DNA from: Planctomycetota bacterium
GTDB taxonomy: Bacteria; Planctomycetota; UBA1135
Direction: 5' to 3'
Length of the DNA: 32,837 nt
Assembly: GCA_027021325.1 (NCBI GenBank)
Contig: JALUUN010000461.1
Coordinates: 1-32,837, forward strand
This document shows, in pieces, positions 8,105-16,821 of this stretch (the stretch's first letter is position 1; each line of letters opens with the position of its first letter). Below the pieces are notes generated by a model. It did not search any database. It was not told the DNA's origin and saw only the letters and a list, made by a program, of their open reading frames with translations. Made by a program: the position numbers and the translations under genes.

Positions 8105-8764
8105 TCAGCCAGGGTAGCGGCCCAGGAACCACTCCCCGTAGCCGAGGAGGAAGAGAAGCTCGCCCCAGAGGGCGTGCAAGCAGGCCAGGCGCAGGAGGGA
8201 GCCATGGCGGGCGTAGTCGGCGGCGAACCAGAGCCCCCCGGCCAGGCTCAGAAGAGGGGCCACGGCGTTGCCAAAGAAGAGGTGGGCCCAGGCGAAGACG
8301 ACAGCACTCACGGCGATGCGCACCCCAAGGGAAGGCCAGAGAACCCGATAGCGGTGGAAGAAGAACACCCGGAACAGGAGTTCCTGGGGCAGGACCGAGG
8401 CCAGGGGGTAGAGGGCCGAGACCAGGAGCCAGAGGACGGGCTCCTCCCGCGGCAGCCGGAAGAGGCGTTCGGGCGCCAGCAAGGCCAGGGCCAGGGCGAG
8501 AAGCGCAGCGCCGGCCGCCACGGCTGCGAGAGTGCGCCGGTCCAGGAGCGGCGCACCCCAGCCCCGTCCCAGGTGGCGCCGCGGAAAGGCGGAGTCTCGC
8601 AGAAGCACCCGCAAGGCCAGGACACCGGCCGTGAGCAGGAGGGGGATCAGGAGGACCCCCATCCACGGCCGCAGGAGGACCGGCCCGAGAGGCAGGAGGA
8701 CGAAGAGGAGGACGAACTCCCGCCGCCGGGCGCGCCGTAGCGACGCGCCGCCGCCCTCAGGCAT
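8105..8764 (-). CDS. CPBP family intramembrane glutamic endopeptidase (CAAX/Abi-like)
   Basis: 219 aa and polytopic. The motifs are QELLFRVFF (the EExxxR-type motif with Q in place of the first E), FAWAHL and a later LHALWG. The ATG at 8762-8764 overlaps the upstream gene's 3' end by 8 nt. Confidence 0.65.
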   Translation of the reverse strand: MPEGGGASLRRARRREFVLLFVLLPLGPVLLRPWMGVLLIPLLLTAGVLALRVLLRDSAFPRRHLGRGWGAPLLDRRTLAAVAAGAALLALALALLAPERLFRLPREEPVLWLLVSALYPLASVLPQELLFRVFFFHRYRVLWPSLGVRIAVSAVVFAWAHLFFGNAVAPLLSLAGGLWFAADYARHGSLLRLACLHALWGELLFLLGYGEWFLGRYPG

Positions 8765-9821
8765 TCACCGCCGCCAGCCGTTCGAGGACCATGTCCCCGA
8801 TCTCGTCCGTCGCATGGGCGCCGGCCTTGAGGCTGCGGATCCGGCCGCCTTGCAGCAGGTCGGCGATGCTCGCCTCGACTGCGGCGGCGGCCTCCTTCTC
8901 CCCCAGCCAGTCCAGCATCATTCCGAAGGCGGCGATGCTGGCCAGGGGGTTGGCGGTGTTCTTGCCGGCGGCCTTGGGGAAGCTGCCGTGGATCGGCTCG
9001 AACATGCCGAAACGGCCCGGATGCAGGTTGGCCGAGGCGGCGATACCCATGCCGCCCTGGATCATGGCTCCGAGGTCGGTGATGATGTCTCCGAACAGGT
9101 TGGTGGTGACCGCCGTGTCGAACCACTCGGGGTTCTTCACCATCCACATGCAGGCGGCGTCGATGTAGGCGTGATCGGTCTTGACTTCCGGGTATTCCTG
9201 GGCGACCTCCTCGAAGACCCGCGTGTACAGATCCTGGGCGCGCACGGCGTTGGCCTTGTCGATCAGGGTCAGCTGCCTGCGCGGCCGGGTACGCGCCAGG
9301 TCGAAGGCGAAGCGGATGATCCGTTCGGTTCCCTTGCGCGTGTAGACCATCGGCTGCATGGCTTTCTCCTCGGGCGTGCCCTGGTTCTCGAACACCGGTT
9401 GCTGGACATAGGCGTCCTCGGTGTTCTCGCGCACGATCACCATGTCCACGTCCTCCGGCCCCTTGTCCTTGAGAGGGCAGAAGCGTGCATCGTAGAGCTT
9501 GATGGGCCGCAGATTGACGTAGAGGTCCAGATCCCAGCGCAGGTGGCCGATGATGCCCCGCTCGATGAGGCCGACCGGCGCCCGCGGATCGCCGATGGCG
9601 CCGAGGAAGCAGGCGTCGTGCTGCTGCACCTCCTCGAAGGCCGGATCCGGAAAGATCTCTCCGGTCTCCAGCCAGTGCTCGGTACCGAAGGGGTACTCCG
9701 TGACCTCGATGCCGAAGCCGAAGTGCTCGGCAGCGGCGCGCAGGACGCGCAGGCCCTCCCGGGTGACCTCGGGGCCGATTCCGTCCCCGGCGATGACGGC
9801 GATGCGGTGGGTTGTGCTCAT
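8757..9821 (-). CDS. Beta-decarboxylating dehydrogenase of the isocitrate/isopropylmalate family, TtuC/DmlA (tartrate/D-malate dehydrogenase)-like
   Basis: 354 aa. The motifs are RIAVIAGDGIGPEV, FLGAIGDPRAP...LDLYVNLRPIKLY, VIVRENTEDAY, TNLFGDIITDLG and FEPIHGSFPKAAGKNTANPLA. It lacks the canonical LeuB GGPKWD-type segment. It resembles E. coli DmlA/TtuC more than LeuB, judged from memory. Confidence 0.7.
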   Translation of the reverse strand: MSTTHRIAVIAGDGIGPEVTREGLRVLRAAAEHFGFGIEVTEYPFGTEHWLETGEIFPDPAFEEVQQHDACFLGAIGDPRAPVGLIERGIIGHLRWDLDLYVNLRPIKLYDARFCPLKDKGPEDVDMVIVRENTEDAYVQQPVFENQGTPEEKAMQPMVYTRKGTERIIRFAFDLARTRPRRQLTLIDKANAVRAQDLYTRVFEEVAQEYPEVKTDHAYIDAACMWMVKNPEWFDTAVTTNLFGDIITDLGAMIQGGMGIAASANLHPGRFGMFEPIHGSFPKAAGKNTANPLASIAAFGMMLDWLGEKEAAAAVEASIADLLQGGRIRSLKAGAHATDEIGDMVLERLAAVNA

Positions 9822-11845
9822 GTCGGCTCAGGGGCGGAGACCGGCTGGCCGCGACGGGCGAAGAGGCCCGGCGTCCAGGCGGTGATGCGGCCGGTGAAGG
9901 CCGAGGCAGCCACAGTCAGGGGCGAGGCCAGGTACAGTCTGCCGGGGCCGCTCCGGCCCTGGAAATTGCGGTTGATGGCGCTCACCGTGACCTGCTCCGG
10001 CGAGTGGCTGACGCCGGGCCCGCAGCCGATGCAGGCGCCGCAGCCCGGGTGGATGACGCGCACTCCAGCCTTCTCGAAGAGTTCCACCCAGCCGCGCTCG
10101 CGGGCGTAGCGCTCGACCTCGAGGCTTCCGAACTGGATGTAGAACTCGACGCCCTCGGCCACTTTCAGGCCGGCGTCCACCGCCTCCTGGACGACCCGGG
10201 CATAGAAGGCGAAGTCGTCGATCTTGCCGGCGGTGCAGGATCCGCCGTAGGCGATGTCGATGGGGACCTCCCCCAGCTCGCGAATCCGGCGGCCGTTGGT
10301 CGGGTCGCTCGGGATGCCGCGATCCGGATCCCCCGGATCGGCGACCATGGGCTCGATCCGCGACAGGTCGATGAGGTGGACACCGCCGGGGTACTCGGCA
10401 TCCGGGTCGGGGGACACGAAGCGCACCCGCAGCTCCTCGGCGGTCCGCCCGGGACGCCGCTCCAGGAGCCACTCCAGGGTGCGCTCGTCGGCCTCGCAGA
10501 TCCCGGTCTTCGCGGTGCACTCCGTGGCCATGTTGCAGAGCGTGGCGCGCTCGTCCATGGACAGAGCGGACAGGCCGGGTCCGCCGAACTCCATGCACCG
10601 GTCCAGGGTCGCCTCCTGACGCGCGTAGTGCAGGAGGATCCAGAGCATGACGTCCTTGGCCGTGCAGTTCTCCGGCAGCTCCCCCGTCAGTTCGAAGCGG
10701 ATGGACTCCGGGACCTGCACGAAAGTGAAGCCGCTGTGGGCGAGGGCTGCGTACTCCGTGGCGCCGACGCCGTAGGCCAGGGCGTTGTTGCCGCCGCCCA
10801 TGCAGGTGTGGCTGTCCGTGGCCTGGATGAAGTCGCCCGGATCAATGAACTCCTCACGCGCCACCTGGTGGCAGATGCCGGGGCTGATACCCTCACGGGC
10901 GCTGTAGTCGCGGACGCCGGTGTGCCGCTGGAACTCCCGCTGCAGGTTGCGCAGCGTCTGGATGCGGTCGGCGAAGGGCTGCATCCGCGGCACGCCGTCG
11001 GCGTAAAGCAGGTGGTCCTCGAAGACCGCCAGCTTCTCGGGGTTGCACACCCGGTAGTCCTCGCCGAACTCCTGCTGCAGGAAGGTATGGACCTGGGCGG
11101 TGGTGAACTCGTGGCTGTAACCGCCGTCCACCTCGGCCAGGACCGCATCCCCGGGCTTCACATGGCGCGGTTCCTTCCCGCGCCCGACGAGCTTCGAGGC
11201 GATAATCTTCTCGAACATCGTCATCGGCCGCGGCCCGGTCTCCGGCAACGGCACCTCGATCTCCCCGGCCTGCAGGCGCCGGGTGAAGGGGAACAGGCCG
11301 CCGCTCTCCAGGATCAGGCGCGTGACCGGATCGTAGCGGGACGTGAACTCCTCCAGGGGGATGGCCTCTCCGGCCTGCAGCCGCTTCAGCTGCTCGTGGT
11401 CCCCCATCAACTGCCCGAGATTGATGTTGTTGCGCTCGTGGATGGGCGCGAAGCTGGCGGCGATGACGATGCGGATGCCGCACCAGCGCTCCGCCTGCGG
11501 GGCGGTCTCGCGGCTGCTCCCGGTGCCCTTGCGGTAACCGCTGACGATGACCTCGAAGTTGCCATCCATCAGCGCCCGCTCCCGGAACACCCGCTCTCCC
11601 TCGTGCATGAGGCCGGCGTAGGCGTTCAGGGCGATGTCCTCCGGCCGGTGGTGAAAGCAGACCCAGGCCGGCGTCATGACATCGGTGTTGATGTCGTCCA
11701 GGAGGTCCTCAACGCTCAGGTCCTCCATTCGCAGGTCCAGCCCCTCGTAGAGCTGCTTGCGGATCAGGTCCAGGTCCTTGGTCAGGAACAGGACCCGCTT
11801 GCCGGGACTGAGGCGGACCTCCGCGGGCGGCCAGGCCTGGCTCAT
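9818..11845 (-). CDS. Aconitase-superfamily Fe-S hydro-lyase with permuted domain order (LeuD-like swivel domain N-terminal, LeuC-like catalytic domains C-terminal)
   Basis: ORF 9818..11890 trimmed to the ATG at 11843-11845, 13 nt after the thiolase stop. The N-terminal part carries the small-subunit signature GTGSSRETAPQA...GIRIVIAASFAPIHERNNINLG. The C-terminal part carries ATDSHTCMGG, GGSCTAGKIDD and HPGCGACIGCGPG (Fe-S cluster ligands). Its stop overlaps the next gene's start as ATGA (9818-9821). Confidence 0.75.
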   Translation of the reverse strand: MSQAWPPAEVRLSPGKRVLFLTKDLDLIRKQLYEGLDLRMEDLSVEDLLDDINTDVMTPAWVCFHHRPEDIALNAYAGLMHEGERVFRERALMDGNFEVIVSGYRKGTGSSRETAPQAERWCGIRIVIAASFAPIHERNNINLGQLMGDHEQLKRLQAGEAIPLEEFTSRYDPVTRLILESGGLFPFTRRLQAGEIEVPLPETGPRPMTMFEKIIASKLVGRGKEPRHVKPGDAVLAEVDGGYSHEFTTAQVHTFLQQEFGEDYRVCNPEKLAVFEDHLLYADGVPRMQPFADRIQTLRNLQREFQRHTGVRDYSAREGISPGICHQVAREEFIDPGDFIQATDSHTCMGGGNNALAYGVGATEYAALAHSGFTFVQVPESIRFELTGELPENCTAKDVMLWILLHYARQEATLDRCMEFGGPGLSALSMDERATLCNMATECTAKTGICEADERTLEWLLERRPGRTAEELRVRFVSPDPDAEYPGGVHLIDLSRIEPMVADPGDPDRGIPSDPTNGRRIRELGEVPIDIAYGGSCTAGKIDDFAFYARVVQEAVDAGLKVAEGVEFYIQFGSLEVERYARERGWVELFEKAGVRVIHPGCGACIGCGPGVSHSPEQVTVSAINRNFQGRSGPGRLYLASPLTVAASAFTGRITAWTPGLFARRGQPVSAPEPT

Positions 11846-11858
11846 CGGTCGCCGCGCC

Positions 11859-13064
11859 TCAGCCCTCGCCCCGCTCCACGAGCATGGCAATGCCCTGGCC
11901 GCCGCCGATGCAGGCCGAGGCCATGCCGAAGCGCGCTCCGGCGCGCTCCAGCTGGTGGTAGAGGGTCAGGACCAGCCGTGTGCCGGTGGCGCCCAGGGGG
12001 TGGCCAATGGCGACGGCGCCGCCGTTGACATTGCACTTGTCCCGGTCCAGTTCCAGGGCCTTCTCCACCGCCAGATACTGGGCAGCGAAGGCCTCGTTGA
12101 TCTCGAAGAAGTCCACCTGGTCCTTGGTGATCCCGGCGCGCTCGCAGGCCTGCTGGATGGCGGGCACCGGCCCGATCCCCATGCGCGCAGGGTCCACGCC
12201 GGCCAGTCCCCAGCTGCGGATCCAGGCGCGGATCCGCCAGCCCTCGCGGCGCGCCCGTCCCGCCGTGGTCACGATCAAGGCTGCGGCCCCGTCCACGATC
12301 CCCGAGGCGTTGCCGGCGGTCACCGTCCCGTCCTTGCCGAAGGCCGGGCGCAGGCGGCTCAGGGCCTCGAGGCTGGTATCGGGCTTGATGTGGTCGTCAA
12401 TGGCGACCTCCACCTCCTCACGGCCGCGCTTGACCTGGACCGGAACGATCTCCTCGGCGAAGGTCCCGTTCTGGACCGCGGCCGCCCCCAGGCGGTGACT
12501 GCGCAGGGCATACTCGTCCTGGTCCTCCCGGCTGATGCCGAAGTCCCGCGCCAGGTTCTCGGCGGTCTGGGCCATGAAGAAGCCGCAATAGGGGTCCAGC
12601 AGGGACTCGAAGAGGTAGTCGTTCAGGGGCGGGTTGGCACCCAGGCGGAAGCCCTCGCGGGCGCCGCGCAGGACATGGGGTGCCTGGCTCATGTTCTCCA
12701 TGCCGCCGGCCACGCAGACCTCGGCCTCGCCGGCCAGGAGGGTGTGGCAGGCGGAGACGATGGACTGGATCCCGCTTCCACAGAGCCGGTTCACGGTCAG
12801 GGCCGGCAGGCTCTGGTCGAGGCCCGCCTTCAGGGCGGCGTGGCGTGCGCCGTAGATGGCCCCGGCCTCGGTCTGGAGAGCGTTGCCCATGAAGACCTGC
12901 TCGATGGCCTCGCCGGGGACGCCGGAGCGCTCCAGCGCGCCCTGGATGGCGTAGGCACCGAGCTGGTTGGCGCCGACGTCCTTGAACAGGCCGTAGCCCG
13001 GAGTGCCGACGTACTCGGCCATGGCGGTACGGGCACCGCCGACGATGACGAGGTCCTGGTGCAT
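11859..13064 (-). CDS. Acetyl-CoA C-acetyltransferase (thiolase), copy 1
   Basis: 401 aa. The motifs are NRLCGSGIQS (nucleophile Cys), GNASGIVDGAAAL, NEAFAAQ, NGGAVAIGHPLGATG and CIGGGQG. Confidence 0.85.
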   Translation of the reverse strand: MHQDLVIVGGARTAMAEYVGTPGYGLFKDVGANQLGAYAIQGALERSGVPGEAIEQVFMGNALQTEAGAIYGARHAALKAGLDQSLPALTVNRLCGSGIQSIVSACHTLLAGEAEVCVAGGMENMSQAPHVLRGAREGFRLGANPPLNDYLFESLLDPYCGFFMAQTAENLARDFGISREDQDEYALRSHRLGAAAVQNGTFAEEIVPVQVKRGREEVEVAIDDHIKPDTSLEALSRLRPAFGKDGTVTAGNASGIVDGAAALIVTTAGRARREGWRIRAWIRSWGLAGVDPARMGIGPVPAIQQACERAGITKDQVDFFEINEAFAAQYLAVEKALELDRDKCNVNGGAVAIGHPLGATGTRLVLTLYHQLERAGARFGMASACIGGGQGIAMLVERGEG

Positions 13065-13157
13065 CGGGGGTAGACGGGAGGCTGGAATGCGGAAGCGGCC
13101 CGGCGGGCCGGGACGGCTCCGCAGGGCCGCGCATTGTAGTCCTGCCGGCGCGGGCGC

Positions 13158-13985
13158 TCAGCGCCCCTGGAAGGAAGGCTTCCGCTTCTCCAGGAAGGCG
13201 CGGATGCCCTCGTGCCGGTCCTTCGTCGCGAAGACCAGGCCGAAGGCGTCGGACTCGGTGTTCTCGCCCTCGCCCTGGCCGGTCTCCAGGCCGCGGCGCA
13301 TGACCTCCAGGGCCAGGGCCTGGGCGGCGCCGCCCTGGGAGGCAATGCGCCGCGCCAGGGCCAGGGTGCCCTCCTCGAGCTCCTCCGGGGCGAAGAGCCG
13401 GTTGACGATGCCCACCCGCCAGGCCTCCTCGGCCGGGAAGTGCTCGGCGGTCAGGACCCACTCCCGAGCTACGCCGGCGCCGGCCAGGCGCATGAGGCGC
13501 TGGGTGCCGCCGAAGCCGGGAATCAGACCAAGACCGACTTCGGGCAGGCCCAGCTTCGCCGCCGTCGAAGCCACGCGCAGGTGGCAGGCCAGGGCCAGCT
13601 CCAGGCCGCCGCCCAGGGCGTAGCCCTGGATCATGGCGATCACCGGCTTCGGACAGCCCTCGATCTGGTCCAGGACCGCTTGGCCCATGCGGCTGAAGGC
13701 CCGCGCCTCCAGGGGTTCCATCTCGGCCATCTCGGCGATGTCGGCGCCGGCCACGAAGGCCTTGTCGCCGCCGCCCGAGAGCACGATGACCCGCACCGTC
13801 TCGTCCACGGCCAGTTCGTCCAGGACCAGGTCCAGTTCCACGAGGACCTCGGTATTCAGGGCGTTCAGGGCCTTCGGCCGCTGGATGACGACCCGGGCGA
13901 TGCCCTCCTCGAAGCCGACTTCGAGGTGCTGCAGTTCGATGATCTCGCCGCCTTCCCCGGCGGCCGCAGGGCTTTGTTCGCTCAT
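13158..13985 (-). CDS. Enoyl-CoA hydratase/isomerase (crotonase family)
   Basis: 275 aa. The motifs are RPKALNAL, KAFVAGADI, IQGYALGGGLELALACHLR, LGLPEVGLGLIPGFGGTQRL and EGIRAFLEKRKP. Confidence 0.85.
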   Translation of the reverse strand: MSEQSPAAAGEGGEIIELQHLEVGFEEGIARVVIQRPKALNALNTEVLVELDLVLDELAVDETVRVIVLSGGGDKAFVAGADIAEMAEMEPLEARAFSRMGQAVLDQIEGCPKPVIAMIQGYALGGGLELALACHLRVASTAAKLGLPEVGLGLIPGFGGTQRLMRLAGAGVAREWVLTAEHFPAEEAWRVGIVNRLFAPEELEEGTLALARRIASQGGAAQALALEVMRRGLETGQGEGENTESDAFGLVFATKDRHEGIRAFLEKRKPSFQGR

Positions 13986-14557
13986 CCTTCCTTCTCCTCC
14001 TCGGTTCCGGCCAGGCGCAGGTGCACGCCGGCGATCCGGACCGGGGCCAGGGGCCGGCTGCGCGCGCCGTCACCACCCGGGCCGCAGGGCGTCGCGCACA
14101 CCCGGTCCACCACCTCGATGCCATCCACGACCTCGCCGAAGGCAGCATACTGGCCGTCCAGGAAACCAGCGTCGGCGTGGCAGATGAAGAACTGGCAGGA
14201 GGCCGAGTCCGGGTCGCTCGAACGCGCCATGGAGATCACCCCGCGCCGGTGGCTGCGCGCGGGATCGGTCGAGAACTCGCCCGGGATGGTCCCGTGGGGT
14301 CCGGAGCCGGAGCCGGTCCCCAGGGGGCAGCCGCCCTGCATCATGAAGCCCTCGATGACCCGGTGGAAGCCGAGGCCGTCGTAGAAGCCCTCGGCGCAGT
14401 AGCGCAGGAAGTTGCGCACCGTCGCCGGAGCGGTCTCGGGCCAGAAGCGCAGGCTCAGACGGCCGGCGGGCTCGCCGCCGATCTCGAGGTCCAGGTCGGC
14501 GCGGACCCGGGCCAGTTCAGCGTCGTCCAGGGTGTGGGGGGAGCCGAGGTCGCTCAT
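13982..14557 (-). CDS. Peptidyl-prolyl cis-trans isomerase, cyclophilin type (no signal peptide)
   Basis: ORF 13982..14731 trimmed to the ATG at 14555-14557. 191 aa. The motifs are TVRNFLRYCAEGFYDGLGFHRVIEGFMMQGG and SASCQFFICH. Its stop overlaps the crotonase start as ATGA (13982-13985). Confidence 0.85.
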   Translation of the reverse strand: MSDLGSPHTLDDAELARVRADLDLEIGGEPAGRLSLRFWPETAPATVRNFLRYCAEGFYDGLGFHRVIEGFMMQGGCPLGTGSGSGPHGTIPGEFSTDPARSHRRGVISMARSSDPDSASCQFFICHADAGFLDGQYAAFGEVVDGIEVVDRVCATPCGPGGDGARSRPLAPVRIAGVHLRLAGTEEEKEG

Positions 14558-14618
14558 CGTTACGGGTTCGCCGGGGGAGCGGGAAGGGCGGATCGCGGAG
14601 AGGAAGAAGGGAGCGCGG

Positions 14619-15575
14619 TCAATCCACCCGGTAGACGCGCACCGCCTCGATGCGGCAGGGCTTCTCAGGGGTGGAGCGCTGCGGCCCGCCGACGGGCACT
14701 GCGGCCACCGCGTCCACCGCCTCCATGCCACGCAGGACCCGGCCGAAGCTTGCGTACTTCCCGTCCAGGTGCGGGGCGTCGGCGTGGCAGATGAAGAACT
14801 GGCAGGAGGCCGAGTCCGGATGCTGCGAGCGGGCCATGGAGATCACCCCGCGCCGGTGGGCGTACTTCGGCTCGCGGCTGAACTCGCCCGGGATGCGTCC
14901 GTACGGACCCTCGCCGCGGCCGGTGCCCTGGGGATCGCCGCCCTGGATCATGAAGCCGGCGATGACCCGGTGAAAGCCAAGGCCGTCGTAGAAACCCTCG
15001 GCACAGTAGCGCAGGAAGTTGCGCACCGTCTTCGGAGCCTTCTCCGGCCAGAACTCCAGGAGCACCGCGCCGACCGGCTCGCCGCCGACGCTCAGATCCA
15101 TCTCGACCAGGTAGCTCGCGAGGGCGGCATCGGACACCGCCTGGGCGTCCTCGAAGGCGACCTCGCCCTTCTTGAGGAGCCGGGCGATGCGCAGGTTCCC
15201 CACGGTCTTCCACGGCGCTTCGGCGGCCTCCCGGAACAGCAGCTCGGCCGCGCCGGCAGCGCACTCCGGAAGCACCGGCCCGAGATCGAAACGACGCCGC
15301 ACCTGGGCGCCCTCGGGCAGGGGCCAGGGATCGCCACCGTCGGGAAAGGCACCCTCGTCGAGGCCCGGGAAGGGATGGATCCTGCCGGCGGCGTCGCGCA
15401 GGGCCCAGGCCGAGGGCTGGATCCAGGACGGGTGGAAGGACTGTCCGTCCCCGCCCTCGAAGACCACGGTCACGGGCGCCGGTCCCGCAGGCACCAGGAA
15501 GGCCTCCGCCTCGACGCGGGGCCCGGCGCCGGCGGCAGGCAGGAGGAGGACGGTGAGAAGAAGGCCGGAGGGCAT
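14619..15575 (-). CDS. Secreted cyclophilin-type peptidyl-prolyl isomerase with a ~150-aa N-terminal domain of unknown function
   Basis: The ORF track starts at the GTG at 15584; I prefer the ATG at 15573-15575 (MPSGLLLTVLLLPAAGAG, signal-like). The C-terminal half is a close paralog of the neighbouring cyclophilin (TVRNFLRYCAEGFYDGLGFHRVIAGFMIQGGDP). The N-terminal ~150 aa match nothing I recognise. Confidence 0.8.
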   Translation of the reverse strand: MPSGLLLTVLLLPAAGAGPRVEAEAFLVPAGPAPVTVVFEGGDGQSFHPSWIQPSAWALRDAAGRIHPFPGLDEGAFPDGGDPWPLPEGAQVRRRFDLGPVLPECAAGAAELLFREAAEAPWKTVGNLRIARLLKKGEVAFEDAQAVSDAALASYLVEMDLSVGGEPVGAVLLEFWPEKAPKTVRNFLRYCAEGFYDGLGFHRVIAGFMIQGGDPQGTGRGEGPYGRIPGEFSREPKYAHRRGVISMARSQHPDSASCQFFICHADAPHLDGKYASFGRVLRGMEAVDAVAAVPVGGPQRSTPEKPCRIEAVRVYRVD

Positions 15576-15584
15576 GGCAGGCAC

Positions 15585-16781
15585 TCAGGGACGCCGGAAG
15601 GCCGCGGACATGCCGAGGCCTCCGGAAACGCATAGGGTAGCGAGTCCCCGGCGGAGCTGCCGGCGGCGCATCTCGTGCAGCAGGGTGACGACGATCCGCG
15701 CGCCGGTGCAGCCGATGGGATGGCCCAGGGCGATGGCGCCGCCGAGGACGTTCAGACGGCTCCGCTCCAGGGGCAGGTCCTGGAGAACGGCCAGGACCTG
15801 GGCGGCGAAGGCCTCGTTCAGCTCCACCAGATCGAAGTCCTCGAGGCCGAGGCCGGTGCCCTCCAGGAGCCGCCGGGTCGCCGGCACCGGCCCCAGGCCC
15901 ATGCGCCGGGGATCGCAGCCGGCCAGGGCCGCGGCCTCGAAGACCGCCAGGGGCTCCCAGCCGCGGCGTTCGGCCTCCGAGGCCGTGGTCAGGAGCAGGG
16001 CCGCCGCTCCGTCGGTGATGCCGCTCGAGTTGCCGGCGGTCACCGTCCCCTCCCCGGGATCGAAGACCGGAGGCAGACGGCCGAGCTTCTCCAGGGTGGT
16101 CGAGGGCCGCGGGTGCTCGTCGGCGGCGACCTCGGTCGCGCCGCCCTTCCGCGCCGGCACCGTCACCGGGACGATCTCCTCCCGGAAACGGCCCTCCTCC
16201 AGGGCCCGGGCCGCCTTCTGCTGGCTCTCCAGGGCAAAACGGTCCTGCTCCTCGCGGGAGATCCCGCGCTCCCGTGCGAGGAGCTCGGCGGTCTCCCCCA
16301 TGACCATGTCCGCCAGGGGGCAGAGGAAGCCGTCGCGGTACATGGCATCCACCACCGCCGCGTCACCGAGGCGGTAGCCCTCCCGCATGCGGTCCAGGAG
16401 GAAGGGCACCCGGGACATGGACTCCATGCCCCCGGCCACCGCCACCCGGGCTCGGCCCAGGCGCAAGGCGTCGGCGGCGAGCTGCAGGGCCTGGAGGCCG
16501 GAGGCGCAGGCCTGGTTGACGGTCAGAGCCGGCGTGGCGTCCCCGAGGCCGGCGCGCCGCACCACCTGCCGTGCGGGATTCGGACCGCAGCCCGCCTGCC
16601 GGGCGTGGCCGAAGCACAGGAGGTCCACGGCGCCCTCTCCGCCCTCCTCCAGGCCGGGAATCCGCTGGAGCAGGCCGCGCACCGCCGCTTCGCCCAGGGC
16701 CACGGCAGGCAGCGCCGCCAGGGAAGCGCCGAAACGCCCGATGGGCGTGCGCACGGCGTCCACGACGAGGACCGGATCCAT
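15585..16781 (-). CDS. Acetyl-CoA C-acyltransferase (thiolase), copy 2
   Basis: ORF 15585..16961 trimmed to the ATG at 16779-16781 (MDPVLVVDAVRTPIGRF). 398 aa. The motifs are NQACASGLQAL, GNSSGITDGAAAL, NEAFAAQ, GGAIALGHPIGCTGAR and CVSGGLG. Confidence 0.85.
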   Translation of the reverse strand: MDPVLVVDAVRTPIGRFGASLAALPAVALGEAAVRGLLQRIPGLEEGGEGAVDLLCFGHARQAGCGPNPARQVVRRAGLGDATPALTVNQACASGLQALQLAADALRLGRARVAVAGGMESMSRVPFLLDRMREGYRLGDAAVVDAMYRDGFLCPLADMVMGETAELLARERGISREEQDRFALESQQKAARALEEGRFREEIVPVTVPARKGGATEVAADEHPRPSTTLEKLGRLPPVFDPGEGTVTAGNSSGITDGAAALLLTTASEAERRGWEPLAVFEAAALAGCDPRRMGLGPVPATRRLLEGTGLGLEDFDLVELNEAFAAQVLAVLQDLPLERSRLNVLGGAIALGHPIGCTGARIVVTLLHEMRRRQLRRGLATLCVSGGLGMSAAFRRP

Positions 16782-16821
16782 GGGCTCGGGAGGGACCGGC
16801 AAGGGCCGGACCGGGCGGAGC

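Noticed and set aside
7596-8666. Long N-terminal extensions suggested by the ORF track, e.g. 7596..8666, 13982..14731, 15585..16961, 16822..19779, 21914..22876, 22174..23826, 23460..24329, 28526..31165 and 30691..31848
   Set aside because: In every case the upstream part overlaps the preceding, well-supported gene in another frame and is Arg/Pro-rich. The recognisable protein begins at an internal ATG/GTG/TTG placed at or next to the upstream stop codon.
9812-12028. 738-aa plus-strand ORF opposite the aconitase-family gene. Similar antisense ORFs are 24280..26640 (-) opposite ftsH, 20146..22707 (-) opposite corC/recO, and 11757..13073 (+) opposite thiolase 1.
   Set aside because: The opposite strand in each case encodes an unmistakable conserved enzyme (Fe-S ligands, Walker/HEAGH motifs, thiolase cysteines). 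The antisense translations are compositionally degenerate.
13133-13138. TACAAT (minus strand) as a -10 box for thiolase 1 in the 93-nt gap after the crotonase gene
   Set aside because: There is no acceptable -35 hexamer at 16-18 bp, and the match is a single hexamer. This is too weak to call.
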